NCBI GenBank assembly: GCA_965603825.1
Contig: CBFDEM010000021.1
Location: forward strand, 248,001 to 312,000
DNA from: Blepharisma stoltei ATCC 30299
Taxonomy: Eukaryota > Protista > Ciliophora
Direction: 5' to 3'
DNA length: 64,000 bases
Part shown: positions 48,405 through 60,304 of the stretch, piece after piece
Numbering within the stretch: position 1 is the stretch's first letter
Layout: every line of letters starts with the position of its first letter
The notes under the pieces: model-generated
What the model saw: only the letters and a program-made list of their open reading frames with translations
Database searches by the model: none
What the model was told of the DNA's origin: nothing
Translations under genes and position numbers: made by a program

Positions 48405-51400
48405 TTAGTTTATAATTAAGGATTCTCTCAAAGGATCCTTTTTTCTTTTCAAAAATGCCAAACAACAGCATCAGCTTTTGCTTTCTTCTTCCATTATATC
48501 AGGAACCACAATTTTAGCAGGTTCAGGCTTTATTTTAACTCTTTTTCTTCTTTTTTTATTAGGCAGAGTCGATCCTAGCTGTATAGCTAATTTCATTAAA
48601 TCTCTTTTAAATTTGCTCACACCATCAATATCTTCAAACAAGCTTTCTTTAGTTACAAAATTAAACAAAGACACATTCTGATGAGTTTCTTCTTCCTGCT
48701 TTTGAAGTGCTTTTATCCACTTATCCCTTTCCTCAAATGAGCTAGCTTGCAGTTTCAGAGTTTTGGTGCTAGAAACAACTTTAAATTTAGGAGTGGTTGA
48801 GTCTTTATATATTTCAACGCTTTGAACATCATGAAGACTAATTGAATTTATGGGTTCTAAAGCTTTGTGTGATTTATACCAATAAAGTCTATCATTTTTG
48901 ATAGAAAAATAAATATTGTCATAGTCCATATTTAAAAGACTATCCAAGCCTAGATTTATATTGATCCCTATTCCTTTTAAGGCAAGTTTGTTACTTTTTT
49001 TAAGTAAATAGCCTTCTAATGCAGGAAAGGTCGGGTTTACAATTTGAGTGACATTCCTCTTGCGGTTTTCCAGTTCAGAAGCCGCATGAGATTTTTCTTC
49101 AACCTGCACTAAAGTTTCATCAGTAGAAATATTACCAAATAGAACAGAACTTCGTTTTTTTTGTCTCTGCTCTATGTTCCTTTCCCCTTCAAAAGTATCT
49201 TTGGCTTTTATCGTAGCTGATCTTTTTTCATCAATATCTAAATCGCTCCTCAAATAAATGAGATATTTCTAAATAAAACTTACAGCTACGTTGAGAGAAA
49301 AAGTATCGCCTTGCGATTTTCGCAGTGATTTTACGGCTTCTGGAATTTGATGAGGCAGGGCTTCTAAAAAATCAAGAATGTCTTTAAGGACTTTGATTTC
49401 TTGTATCACAGCATCTGCATCTAATTTAGTGCAAAAGTGCTTTAAAAGCATATCAGTGTCACTTCTTAAAGTTTCGGTCAAAAGTAAAATTGATTGATCT
49501 CTTAACCCTGCATTATTTAAAAGTATAGAATCTGTATATTTTTCTATAAGCTCTTCGAGCAAGCTCCTCCATATATGCCTCATAAAAGATTTTTCTAAAT
49601 AAGGCTCAAATACTGACAAATCTTTAACAATTTTACTAAAAATTGCTTCTAAGTGAAGTTCATGAATAGGTCCACTAAACTGGTCATCAACTTTTAGCAA
49701 CAGCGTATCTGTCAAGTATTCTTTTACTCTTCCTCCCATCTGCTTAACATTCTCAGACATCTCTGTAGCACATAAATGCTTTTGCATCACATCAGCTTCT
49801 ATATGTGATTTCAACAAATTTTGCCATGTGATCATTCTCTGTAAGATTAAATAAGAATCATTGCATAATCCTACTAAATAAGTTAAAGACAACGGTGCAG
49901 CTCTTTCTAATAGCTCAATTACAGCATTTTGGTATTGTCCTACAACATCTCTTAGAGTTTCTAATAGATTTTCAGTGAAGCTTGGTAAATTTTCTGACTG
50001 AATTTCAAACAATAATGGCTCGACTATAGAGCAGATTTCTGCAAAACAAACGATATAAAGCCCTGATTCTTCATCGATGCCAACTTGCTCCCTAGCATTT
50101 ATCATGGCATCTAAAATTCCTTGTTTGGAATTTTCAAAAATCCTATTGGAATAGGTCAATGAAAGGACTACTAACCCATTGTCTACTTTTTGGTCAGTAA
50201 TTCCTACTTTTCTTAATTGTGTATCATAATAATGAACCCATTTTATCAATTTTCGCAGGTCTTCAATTGGCATATGCTTCCCAAGTATTTTTCAGCATCG
50301 GGATAAAAATTCACATAATTTTTTATGAAAAATCCCAGCATAAAATTCTGCAATTTCTAATCTTTGAGGCCGAGCCGCTATACAGCCATCTATTGTAGAT
50401 ATTAAATCATCTGTTAATAGTTGGCACGCATTAATAGCTAACTCAATCTCTTTACAATTTTCCATCAGATCTCCTATTTCATTTTGGAATTTTTCTAAAA
50501 TTTTTCCTTTTAATGAGCTTTCTCCATGATTATCGTATAAATCAATAATTTTTTTAAGTATTTTTGGTTTGCCAGTAATACTTGAGCTTACTTCTTGTGC
50601 ATTTTCCCTGCTAATTTCTATAGCCTTTATCCATCGATTCATTTCTTCTTCATTATCAGCATTTAAATGAAAAATTCTTGTACCTACATCAAGTAAGAAT
50701 GAGGCTCCTGAGTCTTTGGAATTTGTCATATCTTTGATTCTTATATTAACAATTCTTGTAGGGATTTCTCCTTGCGCTTCAGAGTCATCATCAAGCCCGC
50801 TAAATTTAAAATAATAAATATGATTCAAATACATTCATGGTGGCAACAATGTTTCCGCTAATTGTTGGTCATCTTCTACGTCATTTTTGATCGGAGCTCC
50901 ACTTATCAACACAAATCATCTTTTCTGAAAATATTTCATTTTCCCTTTGCTTCGTTTATTCAAAAATCCATAAATAAGTCTATTTTTTAAGACTTTTGCA
51001 TCAATATTTACAATATATTGCCAGATTCCTTTAAGGTTCATAATTTGGACATGGACATTTTGAGAATCAACACGCGGGGCAGGTGATGGGCTATCAGCAT
51101 CAATTTTTACCATTTGGAGCATGTCTGCAGAGAGATTTTTGGGTTTCCACGTTTTTGTCTTGGTATCTGACCTTGGCCTTGTTTCAGGCTGCTTACTTAC
51201 TCTGATTTTTTCAAGTAAAAGTTGCAGTGCATTAACTCACATAACCTTTGCGTCTGGGTTATCAGCTTTAAGTTCAAATACACGCTCCTCATAAATTATT
51301 GAGAAATTTGTATCATCTACATCACGTATCTCTTTAACTAAATCTAATGGAATAACACCTCGAGGTTCTGTATCTGGTTTAGGCTTTCTTGGAAAATAAG

Positions 51401-51527
51401 CAAGAAGTTTTCCAGAATCACGAATTGCAAAATAGCGTTTTTGGTAGCCTGTAATACCGCTTGGACTCTTTTTTTTAAGGAAACCTTCTAAAGATAATGC
51501 TTTTTCTAACGAACCTTGAGATAGCAT
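48405..51527 (-). CDS. Exocyst Sec6/EXOC3-like domain protein flanked by PH domains (PH-PH-Sec6-PH, ~1035 aa)
   Basis: LEGFLKKK..KVMW(TGA)VNAL; YGFLNKR..QKRW(TGA)FVL..RWIKAI; helical core ending IYLRSDL; LEGYLLKK..DKWIKAL; 15-nt intron; TAA 48405-07. Confidence 0.72.
49269..49283 (-). other. 15-nt intron
   Basis: GTAAGTTTTATTTAG. Confidence 0.85.
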
Positions 51528-52112
51528 TTTTAATAAATTAATTATTCGACCAGTTTCAATTTTTATGCGAGTAATAATTTTAAGAGAATTTTAAAGGATT
51601 TTAGGAAAATTTTAAAGAAATTGTTAAATGAAGTTGAATTTTTAAATTGCAAAGAAGTTTAATGCTAAAATAATTATCTCAAAATATGAGAATGGAATTA
51701 TTTAAAATATACGAAATTAATGTTGTAAAATCAAATTGCTTATAATTTCATTTTAAACTGAGCAATAACAGAAAAGAATTGCATATGAGTTAAGTGAGAA
51801 AATTATTAAATCCCTTTATTTTGTTTTTTCAAAAATAGATTATCAAATAAAAGAAATTTTTAAATTCAATATAAGCTGCCTAACTTTTAGTAATTAAAGC
51901 TATAAAAAACTAGATAAATATGAAGATTATATTAAAGATACTTTAAAACTACCAACTCCCATTTTTAAACTAGATTCTACAATTTTAAAATTTACGAGTG
52001 ATTATTCTTCACAAGAGGCTGAATAAGCCCAATCTATATGCTTAAACAATTATTTTCATTGTAATAAAAAATACATTTCTCTACATTATCACCAAATATA
52101 ATAAAATATATA

Positions 52113-53645
52113 ATGGGAAAACGAGTCGGAGATTACTACATTGACAAGAAAATTGGAAGCGGAGCCTTCGGCAAAGTAAGATTAGGCACTCATTTTTCTA
52201 CTAGTGAAGTGTTTGCAGTAAAAATAGTTGACTTGGATAGAATTAAACCCAAAATAAAGCAGCTATTAGAGCAAGAAATAATGCTATTGCAATCTTGTGA
52301 TTGTGCTTATGTAATTAAACTTCATGAAGTTTTGAAGTCTAAGCGGAATTACTATTTAGTCATGGAATATTGTGAAGGAGGAGACCTCTCAAACATTATA
52401 TCAGAAAAAGGGCCAATACCTGAGCTCACTGCTAAAAAATGGGCAAGGCAGCTGATAAATGCAATGATATATTTAAGAGGCAAAAATATAATGCATAGAG
52501 ATTTAAAGCCAGCGAATTTATTACTAACCAATAAAAATCATGAGATCGCTGATATAAAACTTGCTGACTTTGGCTTTGCAAGGATATTAAATGATAATTG
52601 TTTAGCATCAACCCATTTAGGTTCACCACTTTTTATGGCTCCAGAAGTCCTACGAGAAGAGCGCTATGACTTCAAAGCTGATGTATGAAGCCTCGGAACT
52701 ATTATTTACGAAATTTTGTTTGGAAAACCAGTTTTTGAGTGCTATACCAGAGCAGATTTAATGAATTTACAGAAAAAACCAATAAGTTTTCCAGAAAATG
52801 TTTCTGTGTCTGATAATGCGAAAAATTTAATTACTGCAATGATGAGATATAATTCTAACCAAAGAGTAAGTCTTGAGAACCTTTTGAATCATCCATTTCT
52901 TGTTGAGGAACTTCCAGATATTAGTCTTCAAATGGCACAGCAATATTCAAGCCATAATGAAGTTATACAAGAAGTCTTAGATACTGAAAGGTCTTCTTAC
53001 GAAGATGAAGATGAAGAATACGCAGAATTCGAAGAAGCTGATGAAAACAGCACTTATAGCGATTTTACTATTATGGAAACAAGTGAAGAATTGAAATCAT
53101 CAGAAAATCCAGCTCAAGAAGAGCCTCTTCCCAAAAGCATCAAAAGATCATTCGGCTCAGAGCCTAACATGCAAGCTACTCAAATAGACTTTGAGGCAAG
53201 TGAAATTCGCGAATTTGAAAAACTTGTGGAAAATTTTGAAGAAGAAGACCGAGAAGATTTAGCATTTGCTGTTTCAAAATATGCCAAAGAAAAATATGAA
53301 TATTATTTTGAAAAAATAGAAAAATTAAAAAGGAAATTCCATTTGCCTTATATTGGAAATCAAAAATTTTATGAAGTTCATAAAAAATTAAAAAGAAAAG
53401 TTGACGAATCAAGAGAAAAACAGAATTATTTGAGTGGATTTGTGTGTGATTACAGCCAAAAAAGAGTAGCACAAGAAATGATGCGCGAATCTCTTAGGCT
53501 AGTTGAAGATCAAACTAAGCAAAAATTGAAGTCAGCACTGCTTCTATTAATGGCTTCCAAAGCTACAGATCCAGAAGATGAAGGCATAGAGAATTCGCTT
53601 CTCATTGTGCAAGAACTTTACCAGAAAGAGATCCAATGAAATTAG
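52113..53645 (+). CDS. ULK/ATG1-like Ser/Thr protein kinase
   Basis: IGSGAFGKV, MEYCEGGDL, HRDLKPANLLL, KLADFGFAR, GSPLFMAPE, KADVW(TGA 52686-88)SLG; ends TGA AAT TAG. Confidence 0.88.
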
Positions 53646-53694
53646 TTTAGCAATTTAGAAATTTTTAATAAATTCTGCTATTTAAAGTAATCAC

Positions 53695-54291
53695 TTACTT
53701 TGTATTGTACCTTCTTCTTGTCATCTCTTCATACTCTTTAAACCTTTCTCCGTCTACCCTCATTTCTTCTTCCAATTCTTCTTGCTTTTGTATCATCTCA
53801 TGATCATGTTGATTCTGGACATGCAAAAATACTTTAAAACTGAGTAAAGCAAAAACCGCCCTGCATATTATTTACAGCACAAATAATTTTTCGAACATGC
53901 GGTCATAATAATACTGATTTTGTTGCTGTGCTTTAGCTTTTCTATATTCTTTGTTTGCCATTCCAAAAAATTCGCTTTTTTCGTCAGGTTTTGTGAAGCC
54001 TTTCCAGTTTTGTCTGAAATTGTATCCATGAGTTTCTGGGTCATATCGGTATTGAGGCATTTTAAGCTTTGGAGTTTTATTAGAAACATCAGAGTAAGCT
54101 TGGTTAATTTTCTTAAAAATTTCCTATATAAAAAATACAGAATTTGAAGGGTTTACATCAGGGTGGTATTTTTTAGCGAGCTTATAGTAAGCATTTTTTA
54201 TTTCCTGTGGAGTAGATTCAGCAGTCACACCTAAAATAGAGTAAGGGCTTTCTAGCTGAGCAAATGTCCTTTTAAGGCAAAATTTCAGCAT
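53695..54291 (-). CDS. DnaJ (J-domain) protein with TM segment, probably mitochondrial
   Basis: [11 protein letters not shown] presequence-like start, [22 protein letters not shown]; two 15-nt introns; TAA 53695-97. Confidence 0.85.
53861..53875 (-). other. 15-nt intron
   Basis: GTAAATAATATGCAG. Confidence 0.82.
54124..54138 (-). other. 15-nt intron
   Basis: GTATTTTTTATATAG. Confidence 0.88.
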
Positions 54292-54445
54292 TTTTACATG
54301 CAAAATTTTTTACTGGATTATATAATATAAAGAGAAAAATTAAAATTTTAGGAGATTTATTGGGAGATAGCAAGGGAGGTAAAAGAAAAGTAAAAAATGC
54401 AAGCTTTCTAATGATAAAAGGTTTTGTAAAATAAGTATTTTGTGA

Positions 54446-54516
54446 GGCTCCATGGTGTAATGGTAGCATGTAGCTCTCCGGAGGCTATAGTCCGGGTTCG
54501 ATTCCCGGTGGAGTCG
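54446..54516 (+). tRNA. tRNA-Arg(CCG)
   Basis: Acceptor GGCTCCA/TGGAGTC, D arm GTGT/GCAT, anticodon arm TAGCT-CTCCGGA-GGCTA (CCG 54478-80), T arm CCGGG-TTCGATT-CCCGG. Confidence 0.92.
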
Positions 54517-54517
54517 C

Positions 54518-54522
54518 TTTTT
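54518..54522 (+). terminator. Pol III oligo-dT terminator
   Basis: TTTTT immediately downstream of the tRNA. Confidence 0.7.
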
Positions 54523-54733
54523 ATTCGAATTCCAAATTATAGTAATTAATTATTCTTTTCCTCGATTATAACGATTTATATTTCCTTTGCCTCCAAATAT
54601 GTTTCTAAATTATTTTAGCTTATTTATTTCCAACTTTTACTTTATAATTTCCCATTTGATTCTGCAAATAAAAAATGTTTTATTTCATAGAATATCCCAC
54701 ATCTATCAAAAAATGCAAAATTCTTAATAAGTA

Positions 54734-55915
54734 ATGGAAACAACATTCACATTTAAAGGGAGTGAAGAAAACATACCAGAAAATGATGATCTTTCAAGAG
54801 ATGTTTTTAGGGATGAATATGATAAAGATATCCAAGGAATCCCTTGGGAGACTGATGCAATGCCATTTTCTCGAAGCTATTTGAGATCTCGCCGATCTAT
54901 AAATTATCGATCATTCAGAAATAAGAATGATCCTCTCACTTTAATTGATTGCACTAAAAACGAAAATTGCTGTTTCTTTGAATTCAATGCAAACCACCCT
55001 CAAGCCCGCTGCATGTATAGACATTTTCAATTGCGAGACTGCCTATTAGCAATATCAAGTAACAATGTTTTGCATCTAAAATCTCCGAATGAGCTACGCC
55101 TTTATAACCCTATCAGCCGAGATTCCAAGAGAGTTCTTTATTCAAAAAGTCCTTTGGTATCATTTCATTCTCTCCAAGACTATGTCGTATCAGGTGGATT
55201 AGAAGGCGAATTATTTTTAAGTGATATTGAAGGAAATTTATTGAAGGACATAATTGTTGCTGACACTGATAGCACAAAAATAACAAATTGCTGTAAGCTT
55301 TTTGATAACAGAGGAAAAATCAATATAATGTCTTGCAATAATGATAAAAAAATCAGGATTTTAGACCCGGATTACATGGAGCCGATTTTTATGTATGAGT
55401 TGCCAGCACCTGTGAATGGGGGTGCGATATCACCAGATAGAAAATTAATAGCGACTGTGGTTGATGAAGAACAAGATTATATAATAGACTATGAATCTGG
55501 AAAAGTTAGATATATCCTTAAAGGACACCAAGATTTTGGCTTCGGGGTTCAATGGCACCCTAAAAATGAATTTTATTTAGCAACAGGAAATCAAGACAAA
55601 TCTGTCATGATTTGGGATATTAGGATGGGCCCTGAACTATCCCCTGTATATACATTGTGTGGAAAAGTTGGCTCAATTTTAAATCTGAAGTTTAGTGAAA
55701 ACGGAGAATTTTTAGCATTTGCGGAGTCTGCTGATTTTGTTAGGATTTGTGATACGAGGAACTATGAAGAAACACAAGTGATTGATGTGTTTGGAGAAAT
55801 ATCAGGGATTACTTTTAGCCCCGAAGAAAATTGCCCTTATTTTTTTATTGGGATGGCTGATGAAAGCTTTTCATCGTTGATGGAATTTAGGAAATACGAA
55901 ATAATTGATTTTTAA
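54734..55915 (+). CDS. WD40-repeat protein (DUF2415-type)
   Basis: DIQGIPW, HFQLR, GHQDFGFGVQWHP, ATGNQDK, LAFAESADFV, FGEISGITFSP. Confidence 0.88.
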   Translation: METTFTFKGSEENIPENDDLSRDVFRDEYDKDIQGIPWETDAMPFSRSYLRSRRSINYRSFRNKNDPLTLIDCTKNENCCFFEFNANHPQARCMYRHFQLRDCLLAISSNNVLHLKSPNELRLYNPISRDSKRVLYSKSPLVSFHSLQDYVVSGGLEGELFLSDIEGNLLKDIIVADTDSTKITNCCKLFDNRGKINIMSCNNDKKIRILDPDYMEPIFMYELPAPVNGGAISPDRKLIATVVDEEQDYIIDYESGKVRYILKGHQDFGFGVQWHPKNEFYLATGNQDKSVMIWDIRMGPELSPVYTLCGKVGSILNLKFSENGEFLAFAESADFVRICDTRNYEETQVIDVFGEISGITFSPEENCPYFFIGMADESFSSLMEFRKYEIIDF

Positions 55916-55971
55916 ATAGAATTTTGAATAACTTTATAGAAAATACTACTTTTATATAAATAAATTCATTA

Positions 55972-57354
55972 TTAGTCAAGCTCATCAAGATCTTCTTGCT
56001 GCTTTCTCATTAGGAGTTCTAAATCTGCCTTTTCTTGTGAAGCAATTTGATTTAATCTTTGCTCAACTATATCTTTTGAGGGTGGATCTAGCTTATGGAT
56101 TTCTGGGTTTAATATTTCTTCTGATTCTTCTGTATTACTAGCCACTTTTTCTTCCTCTCCCACCTTTTCCCCCTTTTCTTCCTCATTTTCTGTAACTTCC
56201 TCCCTAATCTTTTCCTCACACACAATTCTTTCTTCATTTTTCACCTCTACCCCTTCATTGACTTCTTCAATCATTATTTTTGTTCCTTTAAACTCCTCTT
56301 CCTTTTTCTCTTTTTTCTCCTCAACAATTAATTTTGACGTAAAATTTTCTTTTTCCTCTTTATCTTCATTTCTAACCCCTGTTATAAATGGTATATCTTC
56401 AATTTTCACTTCTTCTAAAGGTGGGAGCTCATCTTCACTTTTAGTTTCACTTCCTCTACTACCAATATAAGAGACCTCAGGCGTTTCATTGCTTGAGTTT
56501 CATTCATCGCTAGACCCTTCGCTCATAGTAGTACTTTCGCTGCTTTTTGCAGCCTCTTGTTCAACTCGTTCATTTCTATGCTTTTCAACCATTTCTCTAA
56601 ACGCTAAGTGGTTTCTGAGCCTTTCAGCTTCTTTTTCTTCCTGCCATTTTTTACGCTCTTCTCTTTCAGCTTGAATTCCGCCTATAGCAAAAGCTTGAGC
56701 AAATCTCCTGTCTTCTTCGAAAATTGGTCTATCATCTAAGTACTTTAGATTCGGCAGCTTATAAGTTATAACCTTTCTATAATTTTCTATTTTTTTGCAG
56801 ACTGGATTTCCTTGGAGATATAAAACACCGATTTGTGGCATTTTTTCTAGGACCTGAGGAAGGATTTCTGGGTCATCTATTTTATTGTGAGATAAATCTA
56901 AAACACTTAAACTTTTAAGGTCTGCCAATTGTAGGATATCTTGCAGACCATTAGCGCCTATACTGTTTCTTTGAAGTAATAGTGTATTAAGCTTTTGGTT
57001 ATTTGATAAGCCTGATATACTGCGAATCATGTTGTCGCTGAGATTTAATGTGTATAGTTCAGACAACGTGTCCAGCCCTGAGATTTCTCTAATACAATTT
57101 TCTTGAATATAAAGGCAACGAAGATCTGTGCAATTTTCAAGACCTTCGATTTTTTCTATAGCATTTCCTTCAATATAAAGAACTTTTAGTCCAGTGAAAT
57201 CCGAAAGATTTTCTATTTTGTGGAATCCTTTGTAATGTAAGTAGAGCTTGTCATTTAGATAACGAGTAGAATAGTAAATTCGAATATCACTACGCAAAAG
57301 CTTCTTTAAGAAATCATCAGTGATGCGCGGGTATTTCTCTTCTTCTGCTTGCAT
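55972..57354 (-). CDS. DNAAF1: Dynein axonemal assembly factor 1 (LRRC50/ODA7)
   Basis: YYSTRYLNDKLYLHYKGF..LRRs..LKYLDDRPIFEEDRRFAQA; joined via TGA 56500 to tail with DELPPLE and terminal DLDELD. Confidence 0.9.
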
Positions 57355-57383
57355 ATTTATTTTTATTTATATTAGATAATTAT

Positions 57384-58142
57384 TTATAGCTCATCTTTCC
57401 AGCCAGATAAATCATTAGAAATAGACCTCAAACTTTTCTTTGAAGTTTTTTTGTGTATTTTTTTTTCATTTGTTTTATTGAATACTCTAGGAGATTCCTT
57501 GTTTAATGATTTTTCTTTAGGAAGAGTTTTTGACCTGATAATAGGTCGTGGAGTTCTACTGGCATATTCTTGGCATAGTTTTCAATTGTTTTTTATTGTT
57601 GAGTTCATTATGTTCACTCCTCTTAAGGTTGTGTTTTGGATTTTTGGGATCAATTTACATGGAGAAGCTTTTATTAATTTTTGGCTGAGATTATAAGGAT
57701 CTTTGGACTGCTTTTTACTTCCTTTTACATTCGAAAGTGTACGATTTTTGTATAGTTCATGAGCTTTCATGAACCATTGCTCTTCTTTCTTTTTTGTATA
57801 TAAACCGCTTTCTTGATCAAAAGTATCCAATCTTATAGTGTGCATTAATTTATTCTGAATCGAAATTTTGTTTGGAGGAGTGCTTGAATTTGTGTTTTTT
57901 ATCCAGTGTAGTGCTCGCTCTTCATATGACTTATAAGCGCCTTTACTTTCAATATCTCCTAATACCTTTTTAAATTTATCTAATATCCCATCATTTTGCA
58001 TTTGAGTATTTACTATTTGTGTGTGGTCTTTGCCCGAATTTTCAACTTTTAGTAATATTTTGGTCCTTAATCTTACAGGACTATAAGAAAACTCTTTTCT
58101 TTTTCCTGCCGCAGGTGGAGCAAAATTAATTAATCCATCCAT
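57384..58142 (-). CDS. Hypothetical basic protein
   Basis: ORF extends through TGA 57582 to TAA 57384-86. Confidence 0.65.
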
Positions 58143-58152
58143 TTTAAATTAC

Positions 58153-60237
58153 TTATTCATGAAACCTAAAATGATTTTTCTGGTAATGCAGACTATTTGG
58201 ATGAGTAATCCATGCATTTTCTTCATTGAACTTAAACTCATTCTTGATTACGCTTTCTGTCAGAGGCTTGATCTTGTAGCTTTCCAGTCTTCCCTTCTTA
58301 ATTGCACTGAAGCTCCAAATTACTACATAGTTTCCAGTTGAAGTAATTATTGCGTTTTCCCTGGAATTTTCACCTAAATTGAATCTAGCTGGGGTGAATT
58401 TTATATCTGTAAGGTTGAATTTAGCGATATCTGCTGGCTTTAAGGCAAGCTTGCGCGGCTTTCTTTTATGTTTGCCAAGAGGCTTAACAAAGCCATTGTC
58501 TCCATGTGAATTAGCAGGAATTGCTATTAGATAAGTGTCTGTAGTTGCTAAAATCCAAGATCCATCTTTGGTTATATCAATACTTGTGATGGGATCTCCA
58601 AACCCTGGCATATTAGTCTTTGAGTTCTGGCCTATTTGCTTATACATACGAATTTCTCCTGTAGCGCTACCTGCAGCTACATACCCTTGTTCAGTGCTTG
58701 CCATGCAAGTTAAGTTTGGCTTCGAGCTGTATATTTTTGACTCTACTGATTTATCGTGTCCAGAGACTCTAGGATCTATTGTAAATAGCCCATTTTTGCT
58801 TAAAGCATAAAATAAATTATCAACCGTCATTGGTGACAATTTTTGATGTGGAGCGATATCAGCAATTAATGGATTTCCCTTAACTGTATATTGCTCGACT
58901 ATTTCACCTCTATTCAAGTCCATATTGTAAATAATTGACGGATCCTTTTGGCTGAGCATCAAAAGCCTGGAATCCTGCTTATAAGGAAGAATTCTAGAAG
59001 CATTGAAGCCGTCCTCATAGGTGGACACAATAGGAATATTTTGTGACAAATGCAAATTATCTTCGTCTAGCCTATAAAGGCCGATTTTATTTTGTTTTGC
59101 TGTAAATACCCAAGGGTTGCAATAGCTTGTAGCGCTATCTAAAATGTCTTCTGAAGTGTCCTCTTCCATTTTGATTTCATCTGCATAATCAATTTCAATT
59201 TTTTCTGACTCTCCTTCAGATGACTCAGTGTTTTCTACTTCAGAAGATTCTTCACCTTTAATCCAAGCTTTGTCTTCTTGTGTCAAGTCAGTGTCGACGC
59301 TTATTTGTCTAGAGCTTTCGAACTGAGCAACAAGGAAAAGCTCTTCAAGGTGAGTCATGTCATCGAGAAGAATCATAGTCCAGTATCTTGTCATGTTGAC
59401 GTCTAGAACTTCAATCCAGGAGACGCTGTGAGCATTTACATCAATATGATGGGATAGGTTTTTAGTTAGTAAGTTCCTCATGATAACTTCTCCGTCTTTT
59501 ACTAAGTCAACTGTATATTGAAATGGTCCATGCTTTACAATCAAAAATCCTATTCCTCTTTCCATAAGAACAGGTAGCTCTTTATTAGGGTCGTGGAAAT
59601 ATAAGTCGCCAGGTGAAGTGTAAATAATTTGGTCTGGTGTGAATAAACTTCTTAAATGTTCAATAACAGCTCTCTTAAAATCTAAATTTTTCCCTATTTC
59701 TTTCTCCTCCTCAGCATTTTCTACTGCAGGCTGAACTTGTTTTATATTAATTTTTGAATACGATGTTTTCTGACTTGTCGCGTTTAATTTGCTTTGGACT
59801 TCTTTTAAGTTCCCTTCTCTGCTTTCAGGGTGTTGTAAGCCTTCTTCATCTACCTGTATTATTTTCTCTATATGCTGTTGAAATGCAGCATAGCTATTCG
59901 GCTCCTCAAATTCAAACCCAATAAATGGCGCTGTCTCCGTCGGGTTTGTAGCTAAGTTAATCCATTTGACAGCTTCAATCTGGTCTTCGTCATCTAAAAC
60001 AGTGAAATGGGTCAGTTGCATTGCTTGGTCGATTGGGAATGACAAGAACTCAGTTTGTTCTTGCTCTGGATCATAATCTTCGTTCTTGATGTAAATCAAG
60101 GAATTTTTAATTGTCAAGCTTGCACTCATCATGATAGTCGCCTTCGAATAATTGTCTTGGAAATCAGCAAGCTTTATTAGGGAGCCTCCCGCTTTGAACT
60201 CAGATTTGCTGAAAAAGCTTCGAATCCACTCTACCAT
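58153..60237 (-). CDS. VID27: VID27 family protein
   Basis: MDLNRGEIVEQY, LFTIDPRV, GEIRMY..KTNMPGFGDPITSIDITKDGSWILATTDTYL, FTPARFN. Confidence 0.9.
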   Translation of the reverse strand: MVEWIRSFFSKSEFKAGGSLIKLADFQDNYSKATIMMSASLTIKNSLIYIKNEDYDPEQEQTEFLSFPIDQAMQLTHFTVLDDEDQIEAVKWINLATNPTETAPFIGFEFEEPNSYAAFQQHIEKIIQVDEEGLQHPESREGNLKEVQSKLNATSQKTSYSKINIKQVQPAVENAEEEKEIGKNLDFKRAVIEHLRSLFTPDQIIYTSPGDLYFHDPNKELPVLMERGIGFLIVKHGPFQYTVDLVKDGEVIMRNLLTKNLSHHIDVNAHSVSWIEVLDVNMTRYWTMILLDDMTHLEELFLVAQFESSRQISVDTDLTQEDKAWIKGEESSEVENTESSEGESEKIEIDYADEIKMEEDTSEDILDSATSYCNPWVFTAKQNKIGLYRLDEDNLHLSQNIPIVSTYEDGFNASRILPYKQDSRLLMLSQKDPSIIYNMDLNRGEIVEQYTVKGNPLIADIAPHQKLSPMTVDNLFYALSKNGLFTIDPRVSGHDKSVESKIYSSKPNLTCMASTEQGYVAAGSATGEIRMYKQIGQNSKTNMPGFGDPITSIDITKDGSWILATTDTYLIAIPANSHGDNGFVKPLGKHKRKPRKLALKPADIAKFNLTDIKFTPARFNLGENSRENAIITSTGNYVVIWSFSAIKKGRLESYKIKPLTESVIKNEFKFNEENAWITHPNSLHYQKNHFRFHE

Positions 60238-60304
60238 TTTTTATTATAGTCCTATTTTGATAGAAAAATAGGGGATTAAATTATGAATAATAAAGAAATA
60301 GGGA

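Noticed and set aside
51528-52112. Long AT-rich spacer as telomere site or mobile element
   Set aside because: No telomeric repeat or terminal inverted repeat seen; fits a divergent promoter region
54446-54516. Possibility that the tRNA is a UGA-decoding Trp/suppressor tRNA
   Set aside because: The loop is CT-CCG-GA on a 5-bp stem, so the anticodon is CCG (Arg), not TCA or CCA
12720-57354. DNAAF5-like and DNAAF1 as a dynein-assembly cluster
   Set aside because: More than 40 kb apart with unrelated genes between; expected by chance in a ciliate
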